NCBI RefSeq assembly: GCF_964188315.1
Contig: NC_135663.1
Coordinates: 10,168,001 to 10,232,000, forward strand
Direction: 5' to 3'
DNA from: Podarcis muralis
Lineage: Eukaryota
Length of the DNA stretch: 64,000 bases
Shown piece after piece: positions 34,277 to 49,200 of this stretch (positions are counted from its first letter, which is position 1; the number at the start of each line of letters is the position of its first letter). A program made the translations under genes and the position numbers. The notes under the pieces were generated by a model. That model searched no databases and was not told the origin of the DNA. It was given only the letters and a program-made list of their open reading frames with translations.

Positions 34277-37200
34277 TTAAGGATTTTCTTGTTTTACAGA
34301 AGTGTAATGTCTCTCGTATTTTTTCCATGTAACATTTTTACAAATCCGTTTCATTTGTTGAGACACTAGGGGGAGAGAAAACTCCCCCTTGAGGGACACT
34401 AGGGGTGGAGGGAGGGAAGATGGGTGGGGGTGGGTCGGGTGGCGATGTTTCTATTATGCTTAATGTATGTAGGGTTTGGTGTCAGCGTTGCTTGTGCTGT
34501 TCACTTGTGTTCCTTTGGTGGTGAGAGAGGTTGGGGTTGGCCTGGGGGTGGTGGTTGTTTGTTTGTGATTGGCTGTGGTGATCTTTGTTTTCGTGTGTGA
34601 GTGAGGTGGGTGGGTGTTTTGGATCAGGTTAGCCATATTGATTTGTATGCTGTTGGTGGATTATTGTCATTGTCCTGTTGGGCTGTGTATGTGATAAAGG
34701 GGAGCCAGGTGTCTTCTTCTATTTGTCCCCGTGTCAGTTTCAGTTTATTGGTTAATTTTTCTAGTAGGGCTGTTTCCCATACTATTTGGTCCATGCTTAC
34801 TCCTGACAGGTCTCTCCAGTGTCTGGTTATGGTGTTTCTGGCTGCTGAAAGTAGGTGGGTTATGAGTTCTTTGTGGTGTAAATGGGCATTGTTGTCTTGG
34901 AAGATGTTTAGTAGGGCCAATTCTGGGGTGATGTCTAAAACTTGCTTAGTTATATACATATTTCTTGTGTGGCTGTTGTCCAGAATAGTTGGACTTTGGG
35001 GCACTCCCACCACATGTGGAGGTATGTGCCTGTGGAGGTGCACCCTCTCCAGCATTTTGGTGAGGTTCCTGGGCGTATTAGCGCTAGTTTTCTTGGTGTT
35101 GGCCAAAGTTGTTGAGCTTTTTTGGGGGTTACAGGGTTTGGGTCATGACCTGAGGGAGCTTCTGCCTCTCTCCTTCCCTCCACCCCCCGCTTGTTTGCTC
35201 ACCAGCCTCCTTCCCGTCATCTCCCTGCCTGCTTGCATGCCTCCTCCAGCAGCCCGGGAGCGCTGGGCTGTCAAAACAAAGGGGGGAGGGCCACCAAAGG
35301 CCGCCGGCAAAGTGGCTCAACTCCCCCCTTGCCCCAATGGTTCGGGGTAGGCAGGAGTCACGGGCAGGTGGCGGGCTGAATGTCACCCCTCTCAGTGATG
35401 ACACCTGGCGCGGTCCGCACCCACCTTGCTCCGCCCCTGAGCTACCCACAATTGTGTCCCATTCAGATGCCCTCTCCACACCCAGGTCTAGGTCCAGCAG
35501 GTTTGTTGAGCTTCCCAGGGGCTCCAAAGGGTGGGAAGAGGGGGCCCCTCCATCACAGCTCTTTCCTCACACACCCCCATCCTCTCTTCCTCCTCCAACT
35601 GATATGGCTTGATAAGCGACACCTCTCAGGCTGGAGCTTAAACTGTTCTGGATTTTGCTAAAGTTGAAATGCATCAATTCTGACAGGAAAACAGGGCAGG
35701 AAATACAAATAAAAACATTGCATATTCTGAGAGAAAATACAAATTTGGGAGTAATTTAAAAACCCACAGATTAATGGGAAAATGGAATGAAAAGGTCTGA
35801 AAATAATATGGAACAGAAATGGTCAGATTCAGCGATCCCCAGTGCAGAATCACAACAGGAAAGAGAGGAAGCTGCCTTATACTGAGTCAGATCATTGCTC
35901 CATCTAACTCAATACTGTCTGCACTGACCAGCAGCAGCTCTCCAGGGTTTCAGAGAGGGAGGTATTTCTCAGTGTTACCTGGAGATGTTGGGAATTTACC
36001 GTATTTTTCGCTCTATAGGACGCACCCGACCATAGGACGCACCTTGTTTTAGAGGGGGAGAACAAGAAAAAAAATTCTCCCCCTCTCTGCTCAGCACCCC
36101 TTCAGCGAAGCGGCAGGAGAAACGGAGCCCCTTCCATTTCTCCTCCCACTTGGCTGAAGGGGCGCTGCGCAACTCTCCCTCTGCTGAAGCCAGGAGAGTC
36201 TTGCTCTCCCAGCTTCAGCAAAAGGAACCCGAAGCCTGTGGAGCGCAGCCGGACCTGCCGCTGCACTCCGGAGGCTTCAGGCGGCTATCCCTGAAGCCTG
36301 GAGAGCGAGAGGGGTCAGTGCGCACCGACCCCTCTCGCTCTCCAGGCTTCAGCGAAAGCAACGCGAAGCCAAAGAGCGCAGAGGGAGTGCTCCCTCTGCG
36401 CTCCGGAGGCTTTGCGTTGCTATCACTGAAGCCAAGGAGCCTGCATTTGCTCCATAGGACGCACACACATTTCCCCTTAATTTTTGGAGGGGAAAAAGTG
36501 CGTCCTATAGAGCAAAAAATACGGTAATTTTGGACCTTCTGCAATGTATGCAATGCTCTGCCACAGAGTTACAGACCTTCCAGACAAGTCAGTCCTTGCT
36601 TTTACAGTTCCCCACATGCAACACTGAGACATTAATCTGTAGCATAAAACCTACTTCTGGTCTTTCAGCAAGATTGCACGCAGGGATTATTTTGCTCACC
36701 AGAGAATCAAACCACCTGCAAAACTCCTTCGCAGCTTGTTTCACATTCTCGCCGACGGGAGGGACATAATTCAGCCTGGCCTCTCTTTCTCTTGCTGCTA
36801 TTTCCGTTTTAGTGAACCACTTGTAAGGGTCATTGCTGTTGGAAGCAAGTGCAGAATGAAACCATTAACGGTGCAACCCATTCCTTTGTTTGTTTGTTTG
36901 TTTGTTTGTTTGTTTGTTTGTTTGTTTGTTAAATTTTTGTTAAGTTGTGGGTGAGCATATCAGACGACACAGTGATTCTTCAAACAGCTCTTGTTTATTC
37001 AGAGGCCAGAACAGAACTGAGCTGAAGGGTTCAGTCAGCCTGCTTATATAGAGCTCCAGTACACATAATTGTAACAACTTTCTAAAACTATCCAATCACT
37101 GAACGTCACTTTCGATCCCTTATTTGCATAACTATCTACAGTATCCCCCTGCTGGTCCAGGGTGAGAACTTCAGTACATAACAATTTTCATTATCCTTTC

Positions 37201-40200
37201 CTCTCAAGGAGGAAGGGCAAGGCAGCAAACACCAAAGTGGTGAAAGAATACCATTTAAAATAAAATGCAAAACATCTAAAAAATATATTTAAAAGCATAA
37301 ATGAGTCACATGTCCTCACAGCGTTTTAATTTAGAGAAAAGGCAAGTAAGAAGCGAGATGATAGAAATTTATAAAAAACAGAAATATACATCACATGGAG
37401 AAAATGGATAGAGAAAAGTTTTTCTCCCTCTCTTATAACACTAAAACTTGTAAAAAAGGGGGAGGAGGTAAAAGACCCCTGGAGCGTTAAGTCCAGTCAA
37501 AGGCACCTATGGGGTTGTGGCGCTCATCTCGCTTCAAGCTGAGGGAGCCGGCGTTTGTCCACCGACAGATTTCCGGGTCATGTGGCCAGCAGGACTAAAC
37601 CACTTCTGGTGCAATGAGACACTGTGACAAAAACGAGAGTGCACAGAAACGCCGTTTACCTTCCCGCTGGAGTGGTACCTATTTATCTACTTGCACTGGC
37701 GTGCTTTCGAACTGCTAAGTTGGCAGGAGCTGAGACAGAGCAACAGGAGCTCACCCCGTCGCAGGGATTCTAACCGCCAACCTTCTGATCAGCAAGCCCA
37801 AGAGGCTCAGTGGTTTAGACCTCAGTGCCATCAGCGTCCTTAGAACTAGAACTTTTTACTAGAACTTGTAAACATCCAACTGAATCTTCCAAGCTGAATG
37901 TTGGAAGATTCAAGTCAGATAAAAGAAAGGACTTCTCCTCACAGCATATGGTTAAAACTATGAAACCCACTCCCACAGAAGGCAGTGATGGATTAGACAA
38001 GGGATATCAATGGCTACTAGCCATAATAATAAATTAATAATATTTTTTATTTATACCCCGCCCTTCCCGGTTTAAAAACCATGCTCAGGGCAGCCAACAG
38101 CAAATATAAAACATTGATTAAAATGCGACTTAGAAACAGCATAAAACAGCATAAAATCCAACATAAAATACAGCATCAATATCAATAAAATTCAAAAATT
38201 CAGGGGTCATGGGGGGGGGGTCCCAGTCAGTAGACATCAAAGGATCACCAGGGCCAACTGGCCAAGTTGGTCCTATTAGGGCCAGCAAGGAGACCAGGGA
38301 AGAATTTAAATGTGGGGTTTCTTCATAGAAGAGAAAAGGGAATAGAGGATCAGGCTAATTCTTTCTTTTTTAAGTAATCTTTATTGGTTTTTCAGTCACA
38401 TACTCCACATACACATATTGCATCACATTCTACATTCATACTTGCTCTTTATCCATTTTGCATATTATTGTTATTCTTCCATATTTGTCCATATTTGTCC
38501 ATAGAATGTTTGCACACAAATAAATCCTTCTATTTACACAATTCTTGTTGTCTATCTATATTCATTTGCAACTACTATTAGTTACATTTGTCATGTTATA
38601 CAGTTTGCTTCTTATTTTTATTATCCAGTAAATTTCTTTGTATTTCATATTATGAGATTTATTTCACTTCTACTGGTTTCATTATTTCACCTTATCTTTC
38701 TGATATACAACATAAATTTTCCCCATGAGAATCATGCTAATTCAAATTGAAGGCTAGGCAGAATAGCTCTGTCTTACAGGCTCTGTGGAAGGAGATCAAG
38801 TCTATGTTTATATTCTTCCTCCACAGTCTAAATGACCCCGTCCAATATTGAACGCCTGCCTAGAAGCTTCCTCTGCGGGAGAAATGTTTCCTACCAGTTA
38901 TCACAGCTACCAGTTTTCCCAGTAGTGATGTATGGAAGTGAGAGCTGGACCATAAAGAAGGCTGATCGCCAAAGAATTGATGCTTTTGAATTATGGTGCT
39001 GGAGGAGACTCTTGAGAGTCCCCTGGACTGCAAGAAGATCAAACCTCTCCATTCTGAAGGAAATCAGCCCTGAGTGCTCACTGGAAGGACAGATCCTGAA
39101 GCTGAGGCTCCAAGACTTTGGCCACCTCATGAGAAGAGAAGACTCCCTGGAAAAGACCCTGATGTTGGGAAAGATGGAGGGCACAAGGAGAAGGGGAGAA
39201 CAGAGGACGAGATGGTTGGATAGTGTTCTCGAAGCTACCAGCATGAGTTTGACCAAACTGCAGGAGGCAGTAGAAGACAGGAGTGCCTGGCGTGCTCTGG
39301 TCCATGGGGTCACGAAGAGTCGGACACGACTAAACAACAACAACAAAATCACAGCTGGAGGGAACAATGCTTCTGAAGACCAGTTGCTGGAAACCAAAGT
39401 AGGGGGTAGAGTCCTCAGATCCTTCTTGAGGCTTTCTCACAGGCATCTTGTTGGTCATTGTGAGAAGAGGAAGCTGAAGTAGATGACACCAAACTGGGAG
39501 GGGTGGCTAACACCCCAGAGGACAGGATCACACTTCAAAACAACCTTGACAAATTAGAGAACTGGGCCAAAACAAACAAGATTGAACTTTAACAGGGCGA
39601 AATGTAAAGTATTGCACTTGGGCAAAAAAAATGAGAGGCACAAATACAAGATGGGTGACACCTGGCTTGAGAGCAGTACATGTGAAAAGGATCTAGGAGT
39701 CTTGGTTGACCACAAACTTGACATGAGCCAACAGTGTGACGCAGCAGCTAAAAAAGCCAATGCAATTCTGGGCTGCATCAATAGGAGTATAGCATCTAGA
39801 TCAAGGGAAGTAATAGTGCCACTGTATTCTGCTCTGGTCAGACCTCACCTGGAGTACTGTGTCCAGTTCTGGGCACGACAGTTCAAGAAGGACACTGACA
39901 AACTGGAACGTGTCCAGAGGAGGGCAACCAAAATGGTTAAAGGCCTGGAAACGATGCCTTATGAGGAACGGCTAAGGGAGCTGGGCATGTTTAGCCTGGA
40001 GAAGAGGAGGTTAAGGGGTGATATGATAGCCATGTTCAAATATATAAAAGGATGTCACATAGAGGAGGGAGAAAGGTTGTTTTCTGCTGCTCCAGAGAAG
40101 CGGACACGGAGCAATGGATCCAAACTACAAGAAAGAAGATTCCACCTAAACATTAGGAAGAACTTCCTGACAGTAAGAGCTGTTCGACAGTGGAATTTGC

Positions 40201-43200
40201 TGCCAAGGAGTGTGGTGGAGTCTCCTTCTTTGGAGGTCTTTAAGCAGAGGCTTGACAACCATATGTCAGGAGTGCTCTGATGGTGTTTCCTGCTTGGCAG
40301 GGGGTTGGACTCGATGGCCCTTGTGGTCTCTTCCAACTCTATGATTCTATGATTCTAAGTAGATGGACCATTAGCCTGATCTAGGCAGGCTCTTCTTCTC
40401 AGAGGCTACCATTTTCTCTTTCTCCCAAGGCTCTGCAAGCACTGGACCCATTGAACCCCACAAGGTGGCATTCAAGAGCCAGCCAGCGCATCTGTGGTTC
40501 AAGTTTTAAACTGGCCTTCAGACAGACCGAACCAACCTTAAGCACGGCAAAATTACACGCTGCAGCTGATCTATGTGTAAAATGTATGTCCTTGTGCTAT
40601 TAAGCAGGGTGACCGAGGGCAACTTCAAGGGGGCAGAGGAACCTTCCCTGCACCTCACTGCCCATCGCCCCACAAGTGCTTTGCCCCTGGTGTTTTTCTC
40701 TTAATATGGTTCTGAGACCAGAAGTAATCCTTGACAGGAGAACAGAAATTTGGGGTGAAACAGTTTCAGGGGAAATCAGGCAGAGGAACCTGAACAGAAA
40801 CATCTGGAGATGCCTTCTACCATGTCGGACCACTGGTCCATATAGCTCCATATTGTCTGCCACATTATGGTTGTCCGTAAAGCGGAACAAAAATACGCCA
40901 GAACATTTATCGTAGAAAAAGTCGTGGGATTTCAGCAGGAAGTTTTGGGGTGTGCAGTTACTGGAAATGGAGCAGTGTGACCACCCCCAAAACTTTGGCA
41001 CGTGCAAACTGCCCCTATGAGAAAAAAAATAGACAAGGCCTAACCCTGTAAGCTGCTTCACAGTTCCCAGCAGTCCCTCAGGATCTTGTTCCAGGTGTTG
41101 GGTGTGCAACAGAGACAGAGTTGACTATCACTTAATATGGGAAGGTTTCAGGTTTTCTTACTTTTATTTGAGCAAGATAGGAACATAGATGACAACATTT
41201 CCCTTTTTTTAAGGGAAATTTCCTTATTCCGAATAGGATTCCTCACAAGAAAAGGGAAGTTAACAGCTATGGATGGGAAGCAGATGGATCTTGTCAGTGT
41301 AAGGAGAGTGCAACTGTTGAATAATTATAATAGGGTATGTGGGGGGTTTTGTGTTCAGATTAGTTTTGAGTTAGTGTGCATGTGAATGGTTTTGGTGATT
41401 GTGTTATTATTATATGTGCGTTTTTGGGTAATATTTGTGAGATTTTCCAGATGATACATATATTGTAATTATGTTCCCTTTTCATAATTGTATCTTGATG
41501 CTTTGTGTACAATTTGAATTTGTGGCTCTTATTTATGTTACTTATGTACATTGTTTTCAGATATCTTTGTTGCTTAATCATGTTTCTTATAGCGCAACTA
41601 TAGGAGGAGGACGACGAAGAGTGTTGTTTTGTATTGTATGTGGAATTTGTACATTATTTTTCATTGGGATGTATAAACTGCTTAGAGATTTCTCTTGAAA
41701 NNNNNNNNNNNNNNNNNNNNNNNNNNNNNNNNNNNNNNNNNNNNNNNNNNNNNNNNNNNNNNNNNNNNNNNNNNNNNNNNNNNNNNNNNNNNNNNNNNNN
41801 NNNNNNNNNNNNNNNNNNNNNNNNNNNNNNNNNNNNNNNNNNNNNNNNNNNNNNNNNNNNNNNNNNNNNNNNNNNNNNNNNNNNNNNNNNNNNNNNNNNN
41901 NNNNNNNNNNNNNNNNNNNNNNNNNNNNNNNNNNNNNNNNNNNNNNNNNNNNNNNNNNNNNNNNNNNNNNNNNNNNNNNNNNNNNNNNNNNNNNNNNNNN
42001 NNNNNNNTATGACTGTCCCAATAGCATCTCAAGAACAAATGAGGAGCCCATAATCTGTCAAGTATCACAGGACCCTTGTTTTTTGCTGTCCACATTATTA
42101 GGTGCTGCAGCTATGGGATAACAAACCTCATTTAACCAACAAGCTTAAGTCTAATTAATGCATGAAGGAGTTAATACCATAGAGCAAGCTGTCCTGTCAG
42201 GCTTTATTCACCTTAGGAGGGACTAGGCAATCAAGCCTTTACTTCCCTTCAGTCAGCCTGAGGAGCTCAGCATGTGAAGGGGCTAAGCTGGTTGCTGCAG
42301 CTTAGCTACATGGCTCTCACAAGCCACTCTTGAGTTCCTATCCAATAATTTAGGAACTTTCACCACTGTAACTAAGGAAAGTTTTACTGCCTATGCAGCT
42401 TTTCCTTAATGCTGTAAGGAAAAGCATTTGAAACTAACATTGGAAGAAGTTGTAAGTAAACAAATTTCAACCTACCTAACATGTGGGTTTTTTTTCTATG
42501 CTAGGGGAAGAGGGAAGTTTTGGTACTCACAAGGACATATTTTAAAGGACGAACAGCCTATATTTCTGAAATGTACTCAGAGTCGCAAAATGATTTCATG
42601 CTCTTTATTCAGCTCATAGTGGTGAGGAGGAATGAATGAAAGTCCCCTCAAAGTATCTGCTTTATATACATTATTTACACAATGGGCTGCACATTATTGG
42701 CTAATTCTGGAATTCTACTGTAAGCCAATCAGGTTGTGGATTCACTTATATCTGGAGCATGATTGGGTGGTTCCTGCCAACCAATCATACTGCTGCATTG
42801 TTCTAGGACCAATCAGACTGCTGCATTCTGAATCCTATTGTTCTAGGACCAATCAGACTGCTGCAATTTGGATCCTATTGTTCTAGGACCAATCAGACTG
42901 CTGCAGTTTGGATCCTATTCAACTCAGTACATAACAATTTCCCCGCTTTACTTTGCCACTTATTTCATGATTTTAATTCTCTGCTGGAGTTCTCCTTTGG
43001 TGAGAGAACCTGCCCCAAACATGGATCTTGGCATTCAGGGAATTCTGGTTTATATATGGTACCTATATTTTCCTTACCACAACCGCCATCATTATTTCAG
43101 TACTGTACCTTCATCCTTCAGAAGCGACCCATCATGCTCTTTTGCTGTGTGATCCCTGACACTCACCAGCCAATGAGCATGGCCCCTGATTGCTTCTTTC

Positions 43201-46200
43201 TTTTGTCCGCCAACTGAGACGGAACTGCAGAGGGACCTGGGTGCTCCTGTGTAATGTCATCATCAGCAACAACATCTTCATTCATCGGAAGCATCTCTGG
43301 GTCCAGGATGCTTAGAACTTCCTTGAAAAGCTAAGAATAAAACAAGCCAGAAATAATTTCTCAGTGTAAATGGAACAAGAGTGTGGCTTCCTTGGACAAC
43401 ATTTGAGCCAGCCCTCGTTGAGGGATCAGTCGCTAGCTTTTATTTTACTTTTATTTATTTAAAACCATTCATGTACCCCTTAAAATTTGGGAGAGAAAAA
43501 AATTTGTCTGTGATGCATTACATTCATCTTTGTTTATTTGCACAAAATTTGCACACAGGTTGTAGGATGTTGCTGTTTATTGGGCATTGCCATTCATCAT
43601 TATGTGAGACGGGATGTACCTGCCCAACCCAATATTTTTCCAAGTTGGCACCCCTTGGGGACAACTCTTTTTAAAAATTAAGGGTAAATTGATTGCACTA
43701 CAGCACAATCATAGGAAATGTGGAGATCACCATAGGAAATATTTTATAGAAGTTCACCACCAATGCAGGGATGGATGGTGAAGGCAGTATGAACCTTACC
43801 AGAGTAAGTGGTCCAAGCATGACACTATTATGATGAGTCATGAGAATGAGTCATCAATGCTAGATCACCCTCTCCTGGGACAGATGAGAACAGCAAGCCT
43901 GGAGTGTGACCTCCTACATGCGTTGGACCAAGGACATGTGGGGACAGTCCCAGGCATGCTGATAGACCTGGGAACCACGATATGGAAATTAAGTGGCACT
44001 TCTAATGCATAGCAATGTTTTCTGCTTGATGAACGGGATGTTTCAGTTTTGTACCTAGTAAGACAATTTGAATGCATTTATCAGTTATTTGACCTTGAAA
44101 GGAGTTCACAGATCAGTTTCATTCAATTCTGGGGGACAGTTGCGTGTCGAGGTCCCCAGGTCCACCCCAATAACTCACACATCACACAGAATTTTTGTTT
44201 AAGGTTTTTGGCATAATTTTGGCCACAACTTTATTAAAATACAAATTTGTGAGTGGTTGCTTAGGCATTGGTTGCAACTATCTGCCCCCACCATGGGGGA
44301 CAGACTGACATTCCGCACGATGCGAAAGCCAGAATAGGGGAATACATTTGGGGGCTAGCGACGGAGCAGGGAACCTGCCCTCACCCCAAATGCAGCCAGG
44401 AGCTCTTGCAGTGGCCCGAGCCCCCTTGACAGAGTGGACAAGCAATAGTTAGCCCCCAATTCCTTTAACGGAATCCCTTGCAGCAGCAGCAGCATTAGAG
44501 GGGCAGGCACAGCCAATCCATGCCCCTCAACCAACCAAACCATAAACCAATGCCTAACCGCAACCTTACAAGTTGTGACGATTTGCTACGCAGTAGGCAA
44601 AAACCAAATGGCCCCAGCCAATCAGCCAGATGGACAAAATTCCTACCAGGCCCCCACTCCAAAGCAGACGACCCCATGACAGGCATAGCAAGGTCAAAGC
44701 GAACAACCCTATTCTAGGGAGGGAGGGACGGGCAATCTGATGCACGGGCGAAAAGAGGAAGTCCTAGCCTCGTGCAAGGAGTTTTAGCATTTCTGGCTGT
44801 CAATCAATAAATGGCAACATTAATTTCTTCCCAGCAACAAGGGAAGCCCCAATCGCATCAGTGGCCAACGATCAGTTAGCCCGCCCCCAACTTTGGAGTA
44901 TCCTGGCGGCCCCCACCGCAACACGTGCTCTCCATGAAGGAGAACACGCTATGTCAGAATATACTTCACCATTAAGAAATTGTGAATTAAAAACTTGTTT
45001 AAAAGAAACCTTCCACTTACCAGCCATAATATGTACATCAACCTCAGCTTTCCATTGCTCAGATTTTTATGCTACTAAGTCCCAGAATTTAACTGTATCG
45101 CTCCTAACTGCAGCTTGTTCCAGTTCTTGGCAAAGTTGTTTGCAACGAAGCACATTTTTACTTTTAGCAAATATTTGTATTTCCTTCCTTGTTGCACCAT
45201 TTCTATTACCCATATTTCATTTCCCAATTGTCTAGTCTGCCTTGCTAATCTATTTAGCTCTTGTTTCTTTTTCCTACATTCCTCATCAGGAATCCCTCAG
45301 CTGGGAAGGGAGGCTTCCCGTTGCCTAACTGAAAGATCCCTGCCCCCTCCTGATTGCACGCAAGCTCTGATAGGCAGCGTGAAGCCTCCTTTCACAGCTG
45401 AGAGATCCCCGCCCCGCTCCTGCTTGCACGCAAGTAGGAGTTGGGAGGCTGCTCCGATAGGCAGCATGAAGCCTCCCTTCACAGCTTACTTGCTGGGGTC
45501 AGGGAAGGTGGAGGCAGCCCAGAAGCTGCATCTTAGAGCCCCTGCACCACCATCATATGGGGACTTCCGAGCAGCTTCTGAAGCCAGCCAGAGCCGACTG
45601 CTCTGGGTTGCTGAGACTGCCGCTGCTGCGTTTCCCGGGGACATTAGATGAAATCCGGGGACATTCCGGGGATGGAATTTGTCCATGGACTTATTTCGCA
45701 AATCCGGGGACTGTCCCTGGGAAATGGGGACATCTGGTAACCCTATCTCAGGAGAAAGGGATTTTGTGCCTCTGGTGATATGTATACCACCTTAGCTGGC
45801 TTGGGGTGACGGGGACATATTTTGCAATTCTGCCTCAGGTTGTATATTAGAGGAAACAGCAGAGAACATGTGGATGTCAGGAGACATTTGCACTAAATGC
45901 TGTTGAATTTTCATGAGGATTTCTTTTTTTAAATTCACGAACCGATACGGAAATGTGGAAAAGTGAAGATTGAAAAAATGAGAAAATGAGAGAAACCAAA
46001 ACTGGCTGACTCTCCCATCCCTATCTAATGTGAGATCCAGCCACCAGCATGGTGTATAAATTTTGGCCGGTTGTCTTTAAAGAAATAGAATCAATTTGTA
46101 ATGTGAAAATTGTACAATCCCCTCTCTTAGTTCTGCTGGGGAATATAGATGAATCAAATCAGCAATTATGCAACTGGGGATGCCTAATCTTTATTCTAGT

Positions 46201-49200
46201 CGCTGCGGGCCTTATAATTGCGAAACATTGATGTTTTGCCACAGGACTGTCATTAGACTCTTGGTATATGCAATGGTCATTTGGATATTGTGAGTATAGT
46301 GGTACCTCGGGTTAAGTACTTAATTCGTTCTGGAGGTCTGTACTTAACCTGAAACTGTTCTTATCCTGAAGCATCACTTTAGCTAATGGGGCCTCCAGCT
46401 GCTGCCGCGCCACCGGAGCCTGATTTCTGTTCTCATCTTGAAGCAAAGTTCTTAACCTGAAGCACTATTTCTGGGTTAGCGGAGTCTGTAACCTGAAGCG
46501 TATGTAACCCGAGGTACCACTGTATTATGTTTTTAAAAAGGAAATGTAAGGGATTTTCCAAGGAAATGGTAAACCTTGATTAGATGAGGGTTGGAAAACA
46601 GGCTGGCATCTTGATGCCAACAACATTCTACAGTTGGTGCTGCTGGTGGGGAAATATTTGGATCTGTGAGCAGGACCACAAGAAAATCCCATTTGGAAGC
46701 TGCCAAAACTTCTTTCTACAAACAAGCGTAGATTTAAGGAAACTTCTCAGAAATGCATTAGAAATAATGGAGCTCATTGTGAGCTGGGCCTATGATCCTT
46801 ATAAACAAAATTCAGGAAAATGCATAGGAATAATGACGGCCTTTCAGTTTGGACCACAAACTGCGCCAAGGGAGTGATGGCTTCAGTTTCGGGTTGGCTT
46901 CAGTCTATTATGAGCATGGTTCTTTGATGCCCCTTTGATGCAACATCAGTAAAAGTCCCCTGCAGTAAGAACCCTGTTCCCCAACCATATTTGTGAGGTG
47001 TGAGAGCCTGAAAAGGGAAGTTCCTCTCATTTGTATTTTACAGAGAATCCCCTGTTGGTATCGGGTGAGAGATATAGCAAACAATGTCGGTGGTGCACAG
47101 CAGATTATTCCTTTCACTAACTCCCCTTCAGTGGTGAAATCACAGTGGTAAAGCATCTTGCTTTGCATGCAAATTGTGATTAGATGTTTTCTCATTCGCT
47201 GGCCTGTGCCCCTTTGGGTGGAAGGAGGGAATATAACTTTATAATATCATCATCCAAATCAAATACCAGCAAATTTAAGCTCTGCGATTAAATGTGACCT
47301 GTAGCTCTTGCAAACAATCCCACTTCCCCAAAGGACTAGACTGTTTGCAAGAAGGAAAGTGATAGAAAAAGGCAATGGAAAGTGTGGATAGTGCTTGCTT
47401 CAACACAATGTCATTTAAGTTGCCCACAAACTGATCAGGATGCATGCTCAATAAACAAGTAAGCTGGAAACAGCCTGTGTCACAAATAGGGACAGGCAAA
47501 TCTGTCAAGTTGATTTTCTCTCAGTTTCTTATTTTTCTTCTCCACATTTCCACATCTGTCTGCAATTTTTTAAAAAGAGTCCTCATTAATATTTGTCAGC
47601 AGCTTGCTTTAAATTTCTCCTAATGTATACAATTTTCTATACGACTTTGCCTAATACTGTATAATGCATTTTTGCATGCCGTTTTAATTAATAGACCCAC
47701 TTTTATGCATGCATTTAGTACAGTGGTAACTCAGGTTAAGAACTTAATTTGTTCTGCAGGTCCGTTCTTAACCTGAAACTGTTCTTAACCTGAGGTACTA
47801 CTTTAGCTAATGGGGCCTCCCACTGCCGCAGCGTGATTTCTGTTCTCCTCATGAAGCAAAGTTCTTAACCCAAGGTACTATTTCTGGGTCAGCGGAGTCT
47901 GTAACCTGAAGCGTCTGTAACCCGAAGTACCACCGTACATGCATTTTTCTACACATTGCTTGTTCAGAAAACTGCCTTTAAAAAATTAAGAGAATGGTAG
48001 TTTTACCATGTGTTGTGTGAATATCAAAGTGGGTTTCATTTCATGTGTTGCTGCAGGAAGTGTGCATTAGGTAGATTTGCCTTTCTATGTGACCTGAACC
48101 AAAATCCTCCCTCATTCTTCCTGATGTTTAGTGGGAATCTCCTTTCTTGTAACTTGAAGCTATTGGTTCAAGGCCTAACCAGGAGAAAAGAAGTTTCCTC
48201 CATCTTCCACGTGACAGCTCTTAAGATATTTGAAGATGGCTAGTGCTGTGGGTTAAAGCCTCAGCGCCTAGGACTTGCCGATCGAAAGGTCGGCGGTTCG
48301 AATCCCCGCGGCGGGGTGCGCTCCTGTCGCTTGGTCCCAGCGCCTGCCAACCTAGCAGTTCGAAAGCACCCCCGGGTGCAAGTAGATAAATAGAGACCGC
48401 TTACTAGCGGGAAGGTAAACGGCGTTTCCGTGTGCTGCGCTGGCTCGCCAGATGCAGCTTCGTCACGCTGGCCACGTGACCCGGAAGTGTCTGCGGACAG
48501 CGCTGGCCCTCGGCCTCTTAAGTGAGATGGGCGCACAACCCTAGAGTCTGGCAAGACTGGCCCGTATGGGCAGGGGTACCTTTACCTTTACCTTTACCTA
48601 GTGTTAAGCTGTGGGCGAACATGCCAGACAACACAGCAATTCTTTAAACAGCTCTTCTTTATTCAGATGCCAGAACAGAACTAGCTGAGGAGCTCAGTCA
48701 GCCTGCTTATATAGAGCTCCAGAACAATGCAACTGTTGCCATTTTCTAGAACTATCCAATCACTGAACGTCACTTTTCGATCCTTCATTTGCATACAAAA
48801 CTATCCAATCCTGAACGTCACTTTTCGATCCTTCATTTGCATAACTATCTACAGTATCCCCCTGCTGGCCCAGGGTGAGAACTTCAGTACATAACATCTA
48901 TCATATCTCCATATGACAACCCTTTAGATTTGTTTCAGCACAAATGCTGAACCTTACCTCTGGTGGAATGCTTTCTTCCAGATGAGGGTATAGTGCTAAG
49001 GGCTGCTGGCTAAGGCAATACTCAATCTGAGCAATGTAGTCCCTTCTGGCTTGCAGATTTGGGCTGATTTTGGAGGTCTTCGTCTGCGCCTTGGTTAGCA
49101 TCCTTTTGGCCCTCTGTTGCATTTTGCCTGGGTCCTCAGGTTTACTAGGGAGAATAATAGGGGTGAGCTCCTTTGGGCGTCGGATGACAATGTTGTCACA

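Noticed and set aside
40600-41109. 169-aa ORF in FAM47E intron 3
   Set aside because: No recognisable homology or convincing exon boundaries, and exons 3 and 4 already join in frame without it.
42797-42920. Regularly spaced repeats resembling a CRISPR array
   Set aside because: Eukaryotic DNA; the units are tandem with no unique spacers and lie inside an LTR-like element.
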